Positions 58,340 to 64,000 of a stretch of DNA of 64,000 nucleotides are shown here, piece by piece. The stretch's first letter is position 1; each line of letters opens with the position of its first letter. The translations under genes and the position numbers were made by a program. The notes below the pieces were generated by a model, which had not been told where the DNA came from, did no database searches, and saw only the letters and a list, made by a program, of their open reading frames with translations. This stretch comes from Octopus vulgaris. Taxonomy: Eukaryota. The stretch spans positions 558,001 through 622,000 of the forward strand of contig OX597840.1 in NCBI GenBank assembly GCA_951406725.2, in the 5' to 3' direction.

Positions 58340-58385
<46 letters not shown>

Positions 58386-59041
58386 ACACACAGACATATG
58401 TTGACGCACACATATTATAAAATAGAATTTGAGTTTAATATATTTTATTCGAGATTGTTTCTATGATATTTCCTGAATATTTCTTTGCAGTTATTTCGAA
58501 GCAATAACTTTACAACATCCATTGATGTCTCATCATCTCGTCTGCGTCAGCATCTGAGGTCAGTGAAATGATAATGAAGTCACGTTGTTAAGAACGCAAC
58601 CACCACTGGAATATCGTTGCGACTCATAAAATCATCAACGCCGCATTTAATTCTTTTTTTGTAACGTCTAGCACCTTACTTTCTCTGTCCATATGATGGT
58701 CAGTATTACATTGCTGGGACGTTTGGCCCGTATTTTGTTAGAAATTAAGCGTTCATACCTACACTATATTTCTTTACTCGCTATGCACGATGCTTTTGTT
58801 ATTAACAAAGTCTTTTATTCCCTACGTTTATATCTTCACAATGCAGTGAAGATAGTTCTGCATTAGTATATATAAGTAGAGGCCCAATTTTTGAGCTCTT
58901 TTACAAAGAATAGAAAAGCTGAAGGACCGCTGCAATAAGTGTGTGATTCTGAGAGGGTGATACGCTGAATAAAACCACAATTAACTGATCCTCCTGTATT
59001 TTCTTTTGTCCGAAGCCATGAACTCTCCAGCACCCCACCTC

Positions 59042-59083
<42 letters not shown>

Positions 59084-59301
59084 ATAATAAGACTAAATAA
59101 TTTCTATAAAGGCTTTTAAAAAAACCCCAATTATTTACTGGTAGAATTCGGTATGTAAATATAGCCGATTACCGGCAGGAACTTCTGTAAAGTTCAGTAT
59201 ATATATTGTATATAAGAAAAAGGGACAGGCAAACAGGTTGCTTGACCGCATACCGAAAAAATAGAAATAGCAGTCAAGAATGCTTATTTCTATCAAAGTT
59301 G

Positions 59302-59336
<35 letters not shown>

Positions 59337-59414
59337 GGAGTAAACACATAAATGTGAAACAAGGTGGAAAAAAGAGTACTCAAATACCAGTGGTAGAGTA
59401 ATATGCAGCAAAAA

Positions 59415-59452
59415 CTGTCTGATGAACGGCAACGAGAAACTCAGAGTAACAG
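59415..59452 (+). ncRNA. Minimal hammerhead, canonical core
   Basis: ctgt CTGATGA a CG gcaa CG a GAAA CTCAGAG TA acag; stem II base mismatched. Confidence 0.7.
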
Positions 59453-59484
59453 ATTTTGTTGAATTTTCTGCTGCTTTAAATAAA

Positions 59485-59535
<51 letters not shown>

Positions 59536-59586
59536 TATATACATATGTCCGTAAATATAATATGTGATAATTATTCGGCAGCCATC

Positions 59587-59645
59587 ATAAAACTCCGACT
59601 TTCGGATGCTGAGGTGGACATCCACGCCGCCACCTCTTCAGTTAT
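59587..59645 (-). ncRNA. Type-I hammerhead inside an inverted repeat (arms 59548-59585 and 59666-59703)
   Basis: Minus strand reads ataa CTGAAGA GG..gtgga tg tccac..CC GAAA GTCGGAG TT ttat. Confidence 0.65.
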
Positions 59646-59872
59646 CCGGCCATCTGACTTTTGTCATGGCTACCGAATAATTGTTACATATTACATTTAC
59701 AGATAAATTCCTCTATTTACATAATGTCGAGGTCTCTTTCATTCTTTCGTTGTCTTATCAATTCAATTAATACATATATATATATGTATATGTATATATA
59801 TATATATGTGTGTGTATATATTTATGTATATATATATGTATATATATATGTATATATATATATATGTATATA

Positions 59873-59931
<59 letters not shown>

Positions 59932-60178
59932 GTATGTGTGTGTGTGATGAAATTGCAAAATTTCGCCTCATTTCAATATCATTATTAGGGAAACGTGAAA
60001 CCGGTTGACTGTCATAATATTCTCTCACTTAAAATACATTAAACATATATAAAGTGTGTGAATTGTTCTTTTCTTATATATTTTGTCATAACAGCTCTCC
60101 ACGCGGGGAAAATGACTTCAACGAAATTTTTTTTTTAATATACATGCATACATTCATATATATCCATATAAAGGTAAG

Positions 60179-60237
<59 letters not shown>

Positions 60238-60476
60238 ATAAGGGTGAAAAGGAACACACGAGTTGATATATATGAAAAAACAAGTCAAAATAGAAAATGC
60301 TAAAATAATTTTATAAAGAATATTTCCTACCAAGAATTCACAACAGCCTCGAACACACAAGTGCAAACAAGGGAGACAGAGAAAGGCAGAATGACACTTA
60401 TATTTGAACACTATACAAATATTCCTTTAAAAAAACTTTTCTTTTAATTTTTCTAAATTTAATTATTTAATCGTTA

Positions 60477-60514
60477 CAGTTGAAAAGGTCTCAAAATGAC
60501 CGAAAGCGGTACTG
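60477..60514 (+). ncRNA. Minimal hammerhead, U3-A8 core, inside an inverted repeat (arms 60273-60326 and 60514-60567)
   Basis: cag TTGAAAA GGTC tcaaaat GACC GAAA GCGG TA ctg. Confidence 0.7.
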
Positions 60515-60565
60515 AAATGTTCTTTATAAAACTATTTTAGCATTTTCTATTTTGACTTGTTTTTT

Positions 60566-60622
<57 letters not shown>

Positions 60623-60952
60623 GAGTGTATATGCATGCGTGTACGTACATATTCACAACTACTGTGACTTCGCTTAAGATTTAGTTCTTTATTTTCTCGG
60701 AAAAAAAACACAGACAGATACCTTCTTGAAATTCCCAGACAAGAGACACCGGAAGTTCCGGACTGTGACAGCTGCAACATCTTTAAGCTCCAACTCAATT
60801 ATCAGCTAAATAAACTAGAGCAATGTGTTAGTAAAAATAAAGTGCTTAGCTCAGAGAGAAATCGTGCCGCTCGGACTTAGAATCGTGTATAGTGTTTCAA
60901 TACGCATTTGCATATGTTTGTGTGTATGCAAAGAAATATATATATATATAGA

Positions 60953-61030
<78 letters not shown>

Positions 61031-61312
61031 TGTGTGTGTATGTGTGTGTGTGTGTGTGTGTGCGTGTGTGTCTGTGGTTATGTATTAATATATGTGTATT
61101 GTTGGAAGTTCGCTCAATAATCAATACGGATATTGCTTATTAATGAACGTTGAGCGAAGTTCTCTTCTAAGGCAGGCTAGCTTATGATTGTCAGCTTATG
61201 CCAACACTATTACGCAAATGTGATGTCTCTTGGCACTTAAACGCAACATATATACATAGATATACGTGTACAAATATACATACATGTATATATATATATA
61301 TATAATACATAA

Positions 61313-61351
<39 letters not shown>

Positions 61352-61473
61352 CATACGTACATATATATATATATATATATATAAGGAGAGTTTACGAAAA
61401 CAACAAAATACGAAGACAGTTGGTGTACAAAACAAACAGATGTATTAGTATAACGCTCAGGAATAGAAAAAGT

Positions 61474-61509
61474 CTTTTACGTTTCGAACCTACGCTCTTC
61501 TACAGAAAG
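61474..61509 (-). ncRNA. Minimal hammerhead variant CTGTAGA-A, second copy (element ~61385-61590)
   Basis: Minus strand reads cttt CTGTAGA A GAGC gtag GTTC GAAA CG TA aaag. Confidence 0.6.
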
Positions 61510-61639
61510 GGACACAAAAAAAAAAGCAAGGAGAGAAACAAGGAGAGAAAAAAAAATGTGTGTAGTGGCTAACGATCTATCATGACGACTGACTTCGGAC
61601 AGAAGGGTATGTATGTATATATATATATATATATATATA

Positions 61640-62450
61640 TACAGGAGAGGGTACCGAAATTTAGTGTTATTATTTTATTCACTTTGTTTTACGTGTTTAT
61701 ACTTTTACCGCTTTCGTTTTCGTCTCACCGCGTCTCGCAACCGCTTCGGAACTTCCAAGTAAAAATGCCTGGTTATGAGTTTGACGAAGAGGAACAAATT
61801 CTGTGTGGACAATTCCTCTTGCATCGATGAAACAAATCAGCGTCGTCTTGGCATTGGTCTTCACTTGAAGCACATTTCTTGGATGTGTTGACATCGAATG
61901 CTTCCTTAGACTTGATTGCTGCTTCGTTTCCGGGTCGTAGTCGTAGCACTAGCGCTAACACGCGTCACCAGTGATGACCTTCGTAAAAAAAGGTGCGAAT
62001 TAATTTCCAGTTGTTCTTCCAGTTCACGACATGCATTCAGTTGTGACTGCTTTTGATCTACCGTAAACAAGCGAGGCACAAGTTTTGCTCCCACTCGCAA
62101 TTCCTTGCTCAAAATCCGTTGGCAGGATCTCCAGCACACAAGAGTCATATCAACAAATTCGTCTATAGAATTTCGTGATATTTTTCTTTCGTTCGGGAGG
62201 TCGACGGTCGTCCTGAACAAGATTGGTCATCAATCAACAAGTGACCATTCCTAAAGCGTGAAAACCACCCATAAATTTGTGTTTTGCTCATAGACGCCTT
62301 CTTGTATGCTGTTTGAGGCATCACAGCGATTTCAGTCACCGTCTTCCCCGGCAGGACACAGAATTTCCGGGAAGCCCGCTGTTCTTTCGTTTCAGCCATC
62401 GCAAAAATCGCTGAACAGAGGGAAAGCACTGCGAAACAAAGTCGTACCAT
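61640..62450 (-). mobile_element. Decayed mariner transposon 5' half
   Basis: MAETKEQRASRKFC..GKTVTE..QIYGWFSRFRNG..DDQSCSGRPSTS and LICFIDARGIVHTEFVP. Confidence 0.85.
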
Positions 62451-62584
62451 GTGCCATTCCTTGTGTTGTATGTCTTGTACTCTGTTTTTTCGTTGTTTGA
62501 AAAAAAGTTCGTTTCCATGTTTTTGTTTTTATGTTTTCGTTTCTCATTGTGTTCAATGTCTTTTTTTTGTGTCCTGTACCTATA

Positions 62585-62762
62585 GGTGTAGGAGTGGCTG
62601 TGTGGTAAGTAGCTTGCTTACGAACCACATGGTTCCGGGTTCAGTCCCACTGCGTGGCACCTTGGGCAAGTGTCTTCTACTATAGCCTCGGACCGACCAA
62701 AGCCTTGTGAGTGGATTTGGTAGACGGAAACTGAAATAAGCTCGTCGTATATATGTATATAC

Positions 62763-62837
<75 letters not shown>

Positions 62838-63077
62838 TGTATGTATGTGTGTGTATATGTTTGTGTGTCTGTGTTTGTCTCCCCAACATCGCTTGACAAC
62901 CTATGGTGGTGTGTTTACGGCCCCGTAACCTAGCGGTTCGGCAAAAGATTGCGATAGAATAAGTACTAGGCGTACAGAGAATAAGTCCAAGGTCGATTTG
63001 CTCGACTAAAGGCTGTGCTCCAGCATGGCCACTTTCAAATGACTGAAACAAGTAAAAGAGTAAAAGAATAAAAGAAT
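62585..63077 (+). mobile_element. SINE family A
   Basis: Matches the family consensus, with an expanded internal (TA)/(TATG) tract. Confidence 0.85.
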
Positions 63078-63216
63078 ATATATATATATATATATATATC
63101 TCACGTGATCACGTGACCGACCCGGCTATCAGATGTTGTTACACTTCGCTGGTCACAATGTGCTTCACATTGTTTTAACCTTCAAATGACGCCACCCCGC
63201 TGGCTAAGCGAGCAGG

Positions 63217-63252
<36 letters not shown>

Positions 63253-63254
<2 letters not shown>

Positions 63255-63655
63255 CGCAGGAGTGGCTGTGTGGCAAGTAGCTTGCTAACCAACCACATGG
63301 TTCCGGGTTCAGTCCCACTGCGTGGCATCTTGGGCAAGTGTCTTCTGCTATAGTCCCGGGCCGACCAAAGCCTTGTGAGTGGATTTGGTAGACGGAAACT
63401 GAAAGAAGCCCGTCGTATATATGTATATGTATATATGTATGTGTGTGTTTGTGTGTCTGTGTTTGTCCCCCTAGCATTGCTTGACAACCGATGCTGGTGT
63501 GTTTACGTCCCCGTCACTTAGCGGTTCGGCAAAAGAGACCGATAGAATAAGTACTGGGCTTACAAAGAATAAGTCTCGGGGTCGATTTGCTCGACTAAAG
63601 GTGGTGCTCCAGCATGGCCACAGTCAAATGACAAACAAGTAAAAGAGTAAAAGAG
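63253..63655 (+). mobile_element. SINE family A, full length
   Basis: Nearly identical to 51774-52207. Confidence 0.9.
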
Positions 63656-63663
63656 AGAGATAC

Positions 63664-63697
<34 letters not shown>

Positions 63698-63934
63698 GCA
63701 CACACAGACACACATGCACACACATATCTATATCTATCTATCTTATACATACATGCGTATACATACAATATGTGTTTCGCTGCAAGTATTTCTTTACAGA
63801 TATGTATCTATGAATTTAATATACGCATTTGTGAACATATGACTGGATGTGAAATTATCTAAATAAACACATTTATACGCTACGATGCTCAGTTTCTATC
63901 TCCACATCTCCATTTTGTACGTATGAGCATGCGT

Positions 63935-64000
<66 letters not shown>

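Overview
AT-rich eukaryotic (metazoan) non-coding DNA, probably intronic or intergenic. The SINE families and extreme microsatellite load suggest a cephalopod such as Octopus (inference). No intact host protein-coding gene is supportable; most listed ORFs are translated microsatellites. The window contains simple repeats, several tRNA-derived SINE families, decayed LINEs (R4/Dong in (TAA)n, RTE, CR1-like), four Tc1/mariner remnants and two non-autonomous Helitrons. The main unexplained signal is about 16 minimal type-I hammerhead-ribozyme (HHR) folds from roughly a dozen distinct short element families. Most sit in asymmetric inverted repeats or a direct repeat next to (TA)n tracts, consistent with Penelope-like element (PLE) pseudo-LTRs or retrozymes. 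Their cores covary at the tertiary 3-8 pair (C-G, U-A, G-C), most have palindromic stem III, and some families share non-canonical cores. All coordinates and folds were read by eye and need computational confirmation.
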